DNA from: a candidate division FCPU426 bacterium
Lineage (GTDB): Bacteria; Oederibacteriota; Muellerivitia; Muellerivitales; Muellerivitaceae
Direction of reading: 5' to 3'
NCBI GenBank assembly: GCA_963796105.1
Contig: CAWCKJ010000016.1
Span: 1 to 64,000 of the forward strand
DNA: 64,000 nt
A program made the position numbers and the translations under genes. Below the pieces are notes generated by a model. The model had not been told where the DNA came from. It was given only the letters and a program-made list of their open reading frames with translations, and did not search any database. Position 1 is the stretch's first letter. Every line of letters begins with the position of its first letter. Below are positions 1 through 9,754 of the stretch, one piece after another.

Positions 1-1
1 T

Positions 2-85
2 TTAATGCCGCGTCCCGGATTATGCCGCGCGGCTCCGGGATTCCCGTTGAATCGACCCCCAAAGCCACGCGGCCATTCGGCATAA
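2..85 (+). repeat. RIT1 left terminal inverted repeat
   Basis: Reverse complement of 3396-3479 with one mismatch. Contains TAATGCCG and TTATGCCG 17 bp apart plus an inverted CGGCATAA. Confidence 0.95.
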
Positions 86-204
86 AACTCGGGAACTGAC
101 CGATGCTTGAAGTAGAGACAAGGCCATCAAGTGTGGACAGGATTCTGGCAAGACCGTGTTATTTTTGCTCCTTCGCAGGAAATTCCATCGGAAGGAGCAG
201 TGAA

Positions 205-1453
205 ATGAAAACACTAAAGGCGGACAAAAGACAGTCTGAAAGCGGGAGGTTGAGAGAGCCCCTTGGCGATTATCTGGATCAGTTTCGAAACCATTTGGAG
301 CGTCAACATTACTGTCGAGTGAGAATCAACGACTATATCCGCTACATCTCGGCTCTCGGCCAACTCATGAGAGAGTCCGGCGTCAGCATAAAAGACCTTG
401 ATGAGAATCAGGCAATAGACCTTTTCAAAAGGGCGAATCAACCGCCCTACTGGAAAAAAATCGGGCTGTCCAGCCCGGCGGTTCGTCGAATTTTTGAGGG
501 AATTAGGGGTGACGAAGAAGGCCGCGCCCGCTGTGTCTGGTGACACTTTCCAATTACGCCTCAGGCAGGATTACGAAAAGCATCTTCGCCTTCAACGGGG
601 TGTCGGCGAGAAAACCATCTATGATCGCTGGCGTTTCGCCGCCCGCTTCCTGGCGTTCCGCTTCCCTAACGGGAAAGTCGATCTTTCCCGGATTTCAGCC
701 ATCGACATTGCAAGCTTCCTGCAACACTTGGCCGCACGCGGAAAGCCGTTTCTCGATACGACCCCACCCGCGCACCTAAAGAACTTTTTCCTATTCCTCT
801 TCGAAAGTGGGAGGACAGCCAACAATCTTGCTCCAAGTGTCCCCAAAATGGCTCATCGGCGCGGGGCGAAGCTCCCTCGGTATATCACGCCTGAACAGGT
901 GGAAATCTTGATTGCCGCTGTTCGAGAGGATACGCCAATCGGGCGGCGAAATTACGCCATAGTGCTTCTTCTGGCACGGTTGGGACTACGGCCAGCGGAA
1001 GTAGTTGCGATTCAAATCGATGATATCAATTGGCGTGATGGCGAGATTCTCATCCGGGGTAAGGGACAAAGGCATGATGGCATGCCCCTCCCGCAGGATG
1101 TTGGAAAGGCCCTGGTCGATTATATCCATCGAGACCGAGTGACGGCATCGCGGGCACTATTTGTCACTACGATGGCACCACATAACCCGTTCAGCAATGG
1201 ATGCATACTCAACAAAATATTGAAGGATGCCTTCGCCAAGTCCGGTCTAAAGCTACCAATTCCATATGTGGGAGCCCACGTTCTAAGACATAGCCTGGCA
1301 ACGAGCCTGGTACGGCGAGGAACGTCGCTTGCCGAAGTAGGCGACGTGCTTCGCCACCGATCTCTTGAATCAACAGTAATCTACGCCAAACTCGACATTG
1401 AAGGTTTGCGCTCGGTCGCCCAACCCTGGCCGGTTGAGGGAGGCGCAAAATGA
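205..1453 (+). pseudogene. ritA: RitA-type tyrosine recombinase, split by a +1 frameshift at the A7 run 454-460
   Basis: ORF from ATG205 (RBS AAGGAG) reads ...PPYWKK. Removing one A continues SGCPARRFVEFLRELG into ORF 494-1453, which has LGLRPAE, GKG, HVLRH, HR and Y catalytic motifs. Confidence 0.8.
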
Positions 1454-2400
1454 ACCAACTATCTAAAGAACTTGATCGTTATCTGGCGATCCGTCGTAGT
1501 CTTGGCTTCGACCTCAGTACGACGGCCACGATATTGCAAAGATTTATCGATTTTGCCGAACAGCAAGGCGCTGAACATATTTCCACCGATCTGTTCCTGC
1601 GATGGAAAGAATCCTTTGGCCATGCCAAACAACACACATGGGCCGGCTACCTAGAGATGGTTCGGATTTTTGCGCAATGGCTCCACGGCCTCAATCCGGT
1701 GAACGAGGTGCCGCCGAAAGGGCTTATTCCATGTAGGTATCGCCGTTCACAGCCCCACATCTACAGTGACGAAGAAATCAGGAAAATCATTGAAACTGCG
1801 GCTGGACTTCCATCGTGGAGTGGTGCGCGTGCGTTGACCCAATCAACCCTATTCGGCTTGCTCGTGGTTACAGGCCTCAGGATCAACGAGGCATTGGCGC
1901 TAGACAATGGTGACGTTGATTTGGATCAGGGAGTACTGACCATCCGGCGGGGCAAATGTGGAAAGGCACGCCTAGTGCCGATTACGGAAAGCGTCGTCAG
2001 CCGCCTAAAATCCTATATCGGTGAACGTGACCGGCTTCTTGGTTTTGCCCCGAAACCCTTCTTCGTCAAGGAAGGAGGGACCCGCCTCAACGGGGGTCGA
2101 GCACGCTACGATTTCTCGACTGTCTGTCAGCGCATCGGCTTGCGTCCCGTGCTTAAACCTCGGTATGGGAGGCATGGGCGGGGGCCCCGAATTCATGATC
2201 TTCGCCACACCTTCGCCGTTCGCACACTCATCGGCTGGTATCGAACGGGGAAAAACCCCTCCCGAGAAATGCACAAACTGACAACTTATCTCGGCCATTG
2301 GAATCCGGAACATACCTACTGGTATATCGAGTCGGTTCCCGAACTGCTTGAACTCGCCTCCCGGCGGGTGACCGGCGCTTCAGCCGGGGAGGTGCAATGA
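1450..2400 (+). CDS. ritB: RitB-type tyrosine recombinase
   Basis: GLRINE, HDLRHTFA and YLGH...TYWY motifs; ATGA overlap with the previous gene. Confidence 0.9.
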   Translation: MNQLSKELDRYLAIRRSLGFDLSTTATILQRFIDFAEQQGAEHISTDLFLRWKESFGHAKQHTWAGYLEMVRIFAQWLHGLNPVNEVPPKGLIPCRYRRSQPHIYSDEEIRKIIETAAGLPSWSGARALTQSTLFGLLVVTGLRINEALALDNGDVDLDQGVLTIRRGKCGKARLVPITESVVSRLKSYIGERDRLLGFAPKPFFVKEGGTRLNGGRARYDFSTVCQRIGLRPVLKPRYGRHGRGPRIHDLRHTFAVRTLIGWYRTGKNPSREMHKLTTYLGHWNPEHTYWYIESVPELLELASRRVTGASAGEVQ

Positions 2401-3395
2401 TGAACCCATCTACCTTCCCGGAACTTCTTCAGCATTTTTTCACCGACCGTCTACGCAACCAGATGGAGGCGAGCCCGAATACGATTGCCGGATATCGCGA
2501 TACCTTTCGCTTGCTCCTTCGTTTCGCTGGTGAGAAGCGCGGAAAGGGCCCGACGAAACTCCGGATTGAAGACCTGGATGCCGAACTAGTGGGTAATTTC
2601 CTACTCCATGTCGAAACGGCGCGGAGGAATACCGCACGCAGCAGAAACACCCGCCTGGCCGCCATCCGCTCTTTTTTCCGCTACGTGGCAATGAGCGAGC
2701 CCGCTTATATGCTCCATTGCCAAAGAATCCTGGCCATGCCGAGCAAACGCTACATCCGTCGAACCGTTAATTTTCTGGATCAGTTAGAAATTGAAGCGCT
2801 ACTCAAAGCGCCCGATCGGTCAACCTGGGTTGGTCGTCGTGACCATTTGATTCTACTCATGGCGGTGCAAACCGGGTTGCGTTCCTCAGAATTGGTCAAC
2901 TTGAGGCATCGGGATGTCGTGCTCGGAGTGGGTGCCCATATCAGGTGTGAGGGAAAGGGGCGCAAGCAGCGATGCACGCCACTCCGGCAAGAAACCGCCA
3001 AGTTGATTGAGCTATGGCTGAAGGAACATCAAGGCGCTGAAACTAATCCACTCTTTCCGACAATCCGGGGAGACAGGATGAGCCGCGATGCGTTTGAGCG
3101 TATCGTCCGCAAGAACACTCTATCGGCGTCATCATCCTGCGGTTCACTTGTTGGAAAGCGCGTCAGCCCGCATGTCCTCAGGCACAGTACGGCAATGGAA
3201 CTGCTGCAAAATGGGGTTGATCAATCGGTGATCGCGCTCTGGCTCGGGCATGAATCCGTCGAAACCACGCAGGTCTACCTGCATGCGGATCTTCGGATTA
3301 AAGAAAAAGTCCTGTTGAGCATGGCAGCAACCACGAGTAAGCCGGGACGTTATCGCCCCAACGACAAGTTGCTCGCCTTCCTTGAGGCGCTCTGA
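2397..3395 (+). CDS. ritC: RitC-type tyrosine recombinase
   Basis: SPNTIAGYRDT N-terminus, TGLRSSE, PHVLRHS, LGHESVETTQVY. Confidence 0.9.
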   Translation: MMNPSTFPELLQHFFTDRLRNQMEASPNTIAGYRDTFRLLLRFAGEKRGKGPTKLRIEDLDAELVGNFLLHVETARRNTARSRNTRLAAIRSFFRYVAMSEPAYMLHCQRILAMPSKRYIRRTVNFLDQLEIEALLKAPDRSTWVGRRDHLILLMAVQTGLRSSELVNLRHRDVVLGVGAHIRCEGKGRKQRCTPLRQETAKLIELWLKEHQGAETNPLFPTIRGDRMSRDAFERIVRKNTLSASSSCGSLVGKRVSPHVLRHSTAMELLQNGVDQSVIALWLGHESVETTQVYLHADLRIKEKVLLSMAATTSKPGRYRPNDKLLAFLEAL

Positions 3396-3479
3396 TTATG
3401 CCGAATGGCCGCGTGGCTTTGGGGGTCGATTCAACGGAAATCCCGGAGCCGCGCGGCATAATCCGGGACGCGGCATTAA
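3396..3479 (-). repeat. RIT1 right terminal inverted repeat
   Basis: Starts immediately after the ritC stop; inverted copy of 2-85. Confidence 0.95.
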
Positions 3480-3639
3480 GCTCGACGATGTTGATTCCCC
3501 TATAGGGCTTCTTGGTGCAGGCGTTCACGGGCAGGGGGAGCCCTTGTCCCTGCTTCCAGGGCTTCTCCCAGGGCGCGACGCCCTTCTCCAAGTCCGCCAA
3601 AATCCGGCTGGTGATTTCCTCCGCGGTGTTCCTATTCAT
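3480..3639 (-). pseudogene. ardC: ArdC antirestriction protein 5' fragment interrupted by RIT1
   Basis: MNRNTAEEITSRILADLEKGVAPWEKPW...PYRGINIVEL closely matches the N-terminus of ArdC at 60718-61626. Confidence 0.9.
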
Positions 3640-3651
3640 TGGTTCGCCTCC

Positions 3652-3882
3652 TTATGCGATGGATTGAACAAGTTGCTGGAACTGCGAAAGCTCCAAGGGG
3701 TCCAGGGCGCATCCCATGGCTTTTAAAAACTCCTCTTCCGAAAGGCCGCTTTTCACGTCCACCACGAAGAAGGTTTCTAGGTCCTGGATTTCATAAAAGA
3801 ACCCGTCCGAGTCCCTCCCGAAGTGGATTTCGTACCGGTCCAGGAACCTGTACTTCCCGACCTCAAAAGATGGATGCGCCAT
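3652..3882 (-). CDS. Conserved 76-aa hypothetical protein (paralog of 61646-61879)
   Basis: MAHPSFEVGKYRFLDRYEIHFG... with an upstream RBS; same gene and position in the second backbone copy. Confidence 0.8.
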   Translation of the reverse strand: MAHPSFEVGKYRFLDRYEIHFGRDSDGFFYEIQDLETFFVVDVKSGLSEEEFLKAMGCALDPLELSQFQQLVQSIA

Positions 3883-3895
3883 GTCTTCCCCCTCC

Positions 3896-4030
3896 TCAAA
3901 AAGTCCAACCTTCCTCAAGCTTCTTGATGAATAGGTCGATCTCCTCGTCCGACACCTTCCAGACCTGGGGCTCTTGTCCTTCGGGCTGGCTCCCTTCCGG
4001 TTTCCTTTCCTGCTTCGTCTCCTGTTCCAT
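3896..4030 (-). CDS. 44-aa acidic small protein, not in the ORF track (paralog of 61889-62023)
   Basis: MEQETKQERKPEGSQPEGQEPQVWKVSDEEIDLFIKKLEEGWTF*; frame and length are conserved in the second copy. Confidence 0.75.
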   Translation of the reverse strand: MEQETKQERKPEGSQPEGQEPQVWKVSDEEIDLFIKKLEEGWTF

Positions 4031-4255
4031 GTCCCATCACCCCCTTTTTTTCTTCGGCCTTTTTCGCCTTCAAAAAACCGCCTTCCACCTCCCCCCTCAA
4101 AATTCGAGGGGGGAGGGGAAGGCAAAGCGGGAGTTTTGGGAGTTCGTGCGTGGGAGAAAACTGAAAGTAACCGGAGGGGATAAAAAGGAAGGCCACCCTT
4201 TACTTTTGTGACAGCCGCGCATTCCGGCTGGCGCAAAAGTTGCCGTGCAAGGGTG

Positions 4256-4355
4256 GCCGTGTTATGTGCAGTAGCGAGTTATGTGGAGTTGATGGAGCCG
4301 GGACGTTGGAAAATCAGGAAAACTTGCCCTGAAGTCCTTCCCGCACTTCACATAA
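4256..4355 (+). repeat. RIT2 left inverted repeat (includes the target hexamer)
   Basis: Reverse complement of 7680-7779; TTATGTG twice, 17 bp apart, plus an inverted CACATAA. Confidence 0.95.
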
Positions 4356-4415
4356 TTCGGGTTGGTAGACTGCCCTTACTCCTTGGAATTCGAGGAGGAG
4401 AAAGGGAGCACTACC

Positions 4416-5678
4416 ATGCTTGAAACTTATTTCATGAAGGAAAATATAAGAGCTGGCTATCGTCGCGGTCCTTTGGGACCTTACTTCGACGGGTTCGCCG
4501 GTTATTTCGAGAAAAGGGGACACGAGAGAGGAACAGCCCAGGACATGTTGAGGGTCTGTCGCCGCTTCAACACTTTTCTGATGGAGAAAGGTTTTTCCAA
4601 TATTGGTTCCGTCAAGAGGTCATGGATAGAACCGTTCCTGGCCAACCACATCCCCAGGTTAAATGGGTCTGCGTATTACAGGCGCACAACCGAAATAGCC
4701 ATCAAGTGCGCTTTGAACCATCTTTTTACTCATCTTGTTGAAACCGGGGTGCTTCAAGCCGAAAAAGCCGAGCCGGTTATCGCCCGGTATAGCTGGTTGC
4801 TGGAGCCTTATTTGAAGCACTTGGAGGAAGAACGCCAGGTCACCAAAAGCCGGTTTGGTACCGTTCGAAAAAGTCTGGTTCTTTTCCTCGAAGGTTTGGG
4901 AGATAAGGCCGGGCCTCAAGCCATCAGGGCCCTTGGGGCTGAGGATGTTGAGGAATACATCAAGAAACACCTAGGAGACAGTCGATTTAACTTAAGGCAG
5001 CTTGCCGGCGCCTTGCGTGGTTTTTTGAAGTTTTGTTCACGGGAAGGACATACGGATGTGGACTTATCCGGCGTGATCCCGCCCATCCCCGCATACCGGT
5101 TGTCCAGTTTACCCAAAGGAATGAGCGACCAAGCCCTCAAGCGAATACTCCGTTCTATTCCCCGGGAGGCTCCAAAAGGCTCGCGGGACTATGCCCTATT
5201 GCTTGTCATGATGGCCTACGGCATTCGCGGAAAACAAACGGCTGGATTGCTGTTAGAGGACATCCAATGGGATCGCTCTACTATCAAAGTACGAGCCACG
5301 AAAGGCGGCAAAGAAGTAATCCTTCCGCTTTTGGAAGCTGTTGGCGAAGCGATCTTGAATTATTTGCGCCACCGTCCCAAGAGCCAATTTCGTGAAGTTT
5401 TTCTTTGGAACACAGCACCGTTCAGGCCTCTCAGCGGCCTGGCCGTCAGTAGCATCACACAAAAATACATGGTCAAGGCCAAGGTCAAAATGCCCAGGAG
5501 CGGGTCGAAAACTTTCCGCCATTCCTGGGCCATCCGGGCGCTAGCCCACGGCAACTCAATAAAAGCTATCGCGGATGTCCTGGGCCACCGGTACCTGGAT
5601 ACCACCTACATCTATGCTAAAACCGACCTCAAAACACTTCGACAGGTGGCTATGCCCTGGGTGGAGGTGGTTCTATGA
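4416..5678 (+). CDS. ritA: RitA-type tyrosine recombinase
   Basis: Long N-terminal SAM-like region, then YGIR, TFRHS and LGHRYLDTTYIYAK. Confidence 0.88.
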   Translation: MLETYFMKENIRAGYRRGPLGPYFDGFAGYFEKRGHERGTAQDMLRVCRRFNTFLMEKGFSNIGSVKRSWIEPFLANHIPRLNGSAYYRRTTEIAIKCALNHLFTHLVETGVLQAEKAEPVIARYSWLLEPYLKHLEEERQVTKSRFGTVRKSLVLFLEGLGDKAGPQAIRALGAEDVEEYIKKHLGDSRFNLRQLAGALRGFLKFCSREGHTDVDLSGVIPPIPAYRLSSLPKGMSDQALKRILRSIPREAPKGSRDYALLLVMMAYGIRGKQTAGLLLEDIQWDRSTIKVRATKGGKEVILPLLEAVGEAILNYLRHRPKSQFREVFLWNTAPFRPLSGLAVSSITQKYMVKAKVKMPRSGSKTFRHSWAIRALAHGNSIKAIADVLGHRYLDTTYIYAKTDLKTLRQVAMPWVEVVL

Positions 5679-6679
5679 CCACCTATCCTTTTCAAAGTTC
5701 CGTGGCCTCCAAAATGCGGACCTTCATGGAAATGCGCCGTGCGTTGGGGCGAAAGGCAGTGGCGGACCGGAAAATACTTCGCTACATCGACCGTTTTCTA
5801 ACAAGCGCACTCCAGCCGGGTGGGCCTATCACCCAAGAGATTTTCCAACAATGGTTAAGAAGCATCGAACGGTTGAGCGTGGGAACCCGGATCAATCGAG
5901 TCAGTATCTTCAGGCAGTTCTGCCGTTATTTGCGGCAGTTTGACCGACGAACGTATTTGATCCCTGAAGGCGTCCTGCCCAAGAGAATCCGCCCAGGGCC
6001 TTTTATCTACACGGATCAACAAATACGGGAAGTGATGGCCGCCGCACGGCGAATCGGGCCAAAAGGTTCCTTCCAACCAATCGTGATTTCAACCTTGATC
6101 GGTTTGCTTTACAGCACCGGCCTGCGGGTCAGTGAGGCATTGAAATTGACCTTGGGGGATGTCGACCTGAAGTACAACTTCCTTTTGATCCGCCAGACCA
6201 AATTCAAGAAATCCCGTTGCGTTCCCATATCCTTTTCCACAACCAAGGCCTTGCGGCACTTCCTTGAACAGCGCCAACAACGGGGATTTTCAACGGACAA
6301 AGCCGCATGGCTTTTTATCAATTCCCACAAAAACGCTCACAAGGGACCGTTTGGTTATTACGGCATTTACCGACCTTTCCGAATGATCGTCCGGGATCAA
6401 AGGATTCAAAAATTGAACGGAAATCGGGAGCCGAGAATTCACGACTTGCGGCACAGCTTTGCGGTCCATCGGTTGGAAAAATGGTACAGGGAGGGGGCGG
6501 CCATTTCGGCCAAGTTGCCCCTCTTGTCAACTTACCTGGGCCATTCAAGTCCCGTTGACACGGAGGTTTATTTACAGGCCACGCCGCAACTTTTGGAGGA
6601 AGCCAACCAACGATTCCACAACCATTGTGCCTTTCTTGATTCTGAGCAAAGGCCGAAAGGAGACATCAATGTCCAATAA
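5675..6679 (+). CDS. ritB: RitB-type tyrosine recombinase
   Basis: TGLRVSE, TKFKKSR, HDLRHSFA, LSTYLGH...Y. Confidence 0.9.
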   Translation: MTTYPFQSSVASKMRTFMEMRRALGRKAVADRKILRYIDRFLTSALQPGGPITQEIFQQWLRSIERLSVGTRINRVSIFRQFCRYLRQFDRRTYLIPEGVLPKRIRPGPFIYTDQQIREVMAAARRIGPKGSFQPIVISTLIGLLYSTGLRVSEALKLTLGDVDLKYNFLLIRQTKFKKSRCVPISFSTTKALRHFLEQRQQRGFSTDKAAWLFINSHKNAHKGPFGYYGIYRPFRMIVRDQRIQKLNGNREPRIHDLRHSFAVHRLEKWYREGAAISAKLPLLSTYLGHSSPVDTEVYLQATPQLLEEANQRFHNHCAFLDSEQRPKGDINVQ

Positions 6680-7679
6680 CTTCGCTTTCCAAGTACGAAA
6701 CTTCTTTGAGCACTATTTGACGGTCGAAAAGGGATTGAGTCCCAACACGATACTGGCTTACCGGGACACCTTGAAATTGTTTCTAAGGTTTGCGGCTGAC
6801 CATCAGCGAAAATCGTGCGTGGATCTGACAGTGGAGGATCTTTCCGCCGAGACCATCCGCCTGTTCTTGGCTCACCTTGAAAAAGAACGGTCGAACGGGA
6901 TTAGAACCCGCAACGCCAGACTGGCCGCCATCCATTCCTTTTTCCGCTACTTGGCCTATCGGGAACCCAGGTTTCTCGCTCTTTCCCAGGAGGTGTTGGG
7001 AATTCCATTCAAACGACACGCCCGTCCGGTGATGGGGTATTTGAACAAGGGAGAAGTAGCCCATCTGTTCAATCACATTGGCAGTGTGGCTTCCCAAGGT
7101 AAACGCGACGAAGCCCTCCTGCGATTGATTTACAACACAGGCGCACGGGCCCAAGAGCTGGTGAGTTTGGACGTAAACCATGTCCGGTTCAGCCGCCCTT
7201 ACCTGGTCCATATTCTTGGAAAAGGTCGGAAGGAGAGAATTTGCCCGCTTTGGCCCGAAACCGTAAATGCGATCAGGAAGTATATCGAAGAGCGGCGATT
7301 ACGGGTGTCCGACTCCACCCCTCTCTTTGTCAACGCCAAGGGGCAAAGGCTTTCCCGTTTCGGATTACGGTATCTCATTACCCGATGGATTGCCGTTGCC
7401 GCCAAGTCATCGCCCACCCTACTTGGCCGGAAGATTGGGCCTCATACTTTCCGGCATACAACAGCCATGCATTTGCTGCAATCCGGGGTTGATCTCAACA
7501 TGATTCGATCCTGGCTGGGGCATTCGTCCATTGAAACGACTCACGGCTACGTTGAACTCGACCTGGAAATGAAGCAAAAGACGCTTCAATCTTGCGAAAA
7601 ACTTCTTCCCAAGACGGGAAAAAACGGTCCTTCATGGCGACGTGACCCCAGCATCCTGGATTGGCTGGCACGCCTCTAG
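6669..7679 (+). CDS. ritC: RitC-type tyrosine recombinase
   Basis: SPNTILAYRDT, TGARAQE, GKGRKER, PHTFRHT, LGHSSIETTHGY; start inferred at ATG6669. Confidence 0.9.
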   Translation: MSNNFAFQVRNFFEHYLTVEKGLSPNTILAYRDTLKLFLRFAADHQRKSCVDLTVEDLSAETIRLFLAHLEKERSNGIRTRNARLAAIHSFFRYLAYREPRFLALSQEVLGIPFKRHARPVMGYLNKGEVAHLFNHIGSVASQGKRDEALLRLIYNTGARAQELVSLDVNHVRFSRPYLVHILGKGRKERICPLWPETVNAIRKYIEERRLRVSDSTPLFVNAKGQRLSRFGLRYLITRWIAVAAKSSPTLLGRKIGPHTFRHTTAMHLLQSGVDLNMIRSWLGHSSIETTHGYVELDLEMKQKTLQSCEKLLPKTGKNGPSWRRDPSILDWLARL

Positions 7680-7779
7680 TTATGTGAAGTGCGGGAAGGA
7701 CTTCAGGGCAAGTTTTCCTGATTTTCCAACGTCCCGGCTCCATCAACTCCACATAACTCGCTACTGCACATAACACGGC
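7680..7779 (-). repeat. RIT2 right inverted repeat
   Basis: Begins immediately after the ritC stop. Confidence 0.95.
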
Positions 7780-7799
7780 TTATGTTGAGCTTCACATAA

Positions 7800-8627
7800 G
7801 CCGTGTGTAAAGGAAGAGCGTCATTGGGCCTCGGGACGAACTCCCGAAACTTTCCATCGTTCAATGACCTCAAGTAACGGACTTCAATGTCTGCTTTTGG
7901 TGTGCTTCAAGAACCGCCAAGGAAGGAACGACCACTGAGATTCACTAGGAAGGTTTAAAGGGAATCCCCTCTACCCGAAGGCACTTTCCCCACCGGCAAA
8001 CCGAGGCGGTTTTGTTATGTCACGCCGAAATTTGCCGGTGGGGAAAGGGCATACTGAGGGACTCAAACCTCCCGTCCATTTATCCCATTCCTCCATAAAA
8101 ATTTAATTGGAAGAATGGGATGATCCCGCTTTCCATTAAAAGTTTTTAAAGAAATGCGGGATATCGGCGACCTGCCGGGGCCGCATTTGGCGGTGGCCCG
8201 GGCGGGGAGCCGCCTTTGGGGAGTGCCAATCCAAAATCCCCTCCCCGGATTGTGGCCTCCAAAAACCTTACCCCGTAGGGCTGAAATACTTTGGACAGGC
8301 CAGCAAGACGGGGAGGGGACTTTTGGCTTGGTGGGGTCCCCAAAGGAAAATGGATGGGAAGTGACGCCTCAAACTCCCGGCTCTTCAAGGAAGGTTTTGG
8401 AGGTTCAAGGGGGGCTTTTCCCCCTTGTAGGGGTCCGGGGACAACATCCCCGGGGAAAGGGGTGTGGGAGAGATCGGGCCGCGCCTTCACCTTGGCGTCG
8501 TCCACCAGACGACGCCAGAGCCTTGGTTGTGCCAATCGCATCAGGCGATTGGCAGCGGCCCAGCTCGACCCAGGGGGAAGGCCAACGGTCCAAGGCGCTT
8601 TTCCTTGGAGCGTTCCCCCCTTAAATA
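7800..8627. other. Structured non-coding region, copy A (homologous to 62252-62998)
   Basis: Short motifs shared with copy B in the same order, and several stems whose sequence differs between copies while pairing is kept. Confidence 0.7.
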
Positions 8628-8831
8628 AGATTCTAAATCCAGGGTGATGTCTTCCAGGCCATCTTTATCCGCTATCTTTCCGCTGATCCACCCTTTTCAA
8701 TGCACCTTTTCCCCTCACCCGCTCCTAATTGAATTTATTTTCCATAATTGTGATGTTATAGTTCAAACCGTTCCAGCGGCTTTACTGTTGCCGTTACCCA
8801 AATAAAACCGCCTTTGCTTAAGGAAGATTTA

Positions 8832-9449
8832 ATGGCCCCCAAAAAAACCAAACCTAAGTCAATCTACCAACTCAAGGTCACCCTGAATGACGTCAACCCG
8901 CCCATTTGGCGGCGTCTCCTCGTTTCCCCTTCCACCACTCTTTTTGACCTCCACGATATCCTCCAACTTTCCATGGGCTGGCTGGACTGCCATCTCCACC
9001 AGTTCACCAAAGGCGGGACCCGCTACCAACCACCCGACCCGAAAGAGGATAAATACGAGGACGTGGAAAACCCCTCCATTGATTCACGGAAGGTTCCCCT
9101 TTCCGAGGTCCTTTCCAAGCCCGGCGACCAAATGGAGTACCTTTATGACTTCGGCGACGCCTGGGAGCACGAAATCATCCTGGAGGAAATACTTCCCCCC
9201 AAAACCGGGCAACAATCCCCCTTTTGCGTGGATGGCGCCCGCGCCTGCCCGCCCGAGGACTGCGGTTCAACCCCCGGCTACGAGGAACTGGTGGAAGCCA
9301 TGCGTAACCCGAACCACCCGGAACGGGAGAGGTTCCTGGAATGGCTGGGGGAGCCCTACGACCCGGAAAAGTTCGATCCAAAACAGGTCAATAAGGATTT
9401 GGAAGACCCTGAGGAGGCCTGGGACAGGATAGTCGAAAGGTACTCCTAA
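8832..9449 (+). CDS. Plasmid pRiA4b ORF-3 family protein
   Basis: IYQLKVTL..PPIWRR, MGWLDCHLHQF, YDFGDAWEH and CPPEDCG signatures. Confidence 0.9.
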   Translation: MAPKKTKPKSIYQLKVTLNDVNPPIWRRLLVSPSTTLFDLHDILQLSMGWLDCHLHQFTKGGTRYQPPDPKEDKYEDVENPSIDSRKVPLSEVLSKPGDQMEYLYDFGDAWEHEIILEEILPPKTGQQSPFCVDGARACPPEDCGSTPGYEELVEAMRNPNHPERERFLEWLGEPYDPEKFDPKQVNKDLEDPEEAWDRIVERYS

Positions 9450-9754
9450 CGAGAGATGATGCCCTCCCACCCGGGGCTTAAACCCGGGTTCCAAAGACTT
9501 CCAGGGTTTGTTTTGCCTTTGGTCCCCCTAGCCCGGAATCACTCAAAATCCCTGCCGTTTCTCCTGGGTCTTTACCAGTACAATCCAAACCTCAAACTAC
9601 GTCTCCTGCTCCGGTCTGCTTTACCTGCTACCCCTTCGCATACCCCACAACTTCCATACCGTCCTACCACTCCGGTCTTCTGTGTTTGCTTTTGTCTTTC
9701 TTCTTGTCTTACTCAATTCTTCTTCGCATCAAGTGTCTCGATATTTGACTATAA

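Larger units (their letters stand above)
2..3479 (+). mobile_element. RIT element 1 (three tandem tyrosine recombinases), inserted in ardC
   Basis: Three overlapping tyrosine recombinase ORFs bounded by 84-bp terminal inverted repeats (2-85 and 3396-3479). The right end abuts an ardC 5' fragment. Confidence 0.92.
4262..7799 (+). mobile_element. RIT element 2
   Basis: Three overlapping tyrosine recombinases, 100-bp perfect inverted repeats (4256-4355 and 7680-7779), and GCCGTG(T) directly repeated at 4256 and 7800. The empty site is visible at ~62252. Confidence 0.92.

Noticed and set aside
7830..7850. Self-targeting by the twin hairpin spacers against TCGGGACGAACTCCCGAAA
   Set aside because: Only about 8 contiguous matching bases. 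I saw no convincing spacer match in the window, though a by-eye check is not exhaustive.
8146..8647. ORFs in the GC-rich structured region (also 62010-62995 and 9456-9821)
   Set aside because: Not conserved between the two homologous copies and no family motifs.
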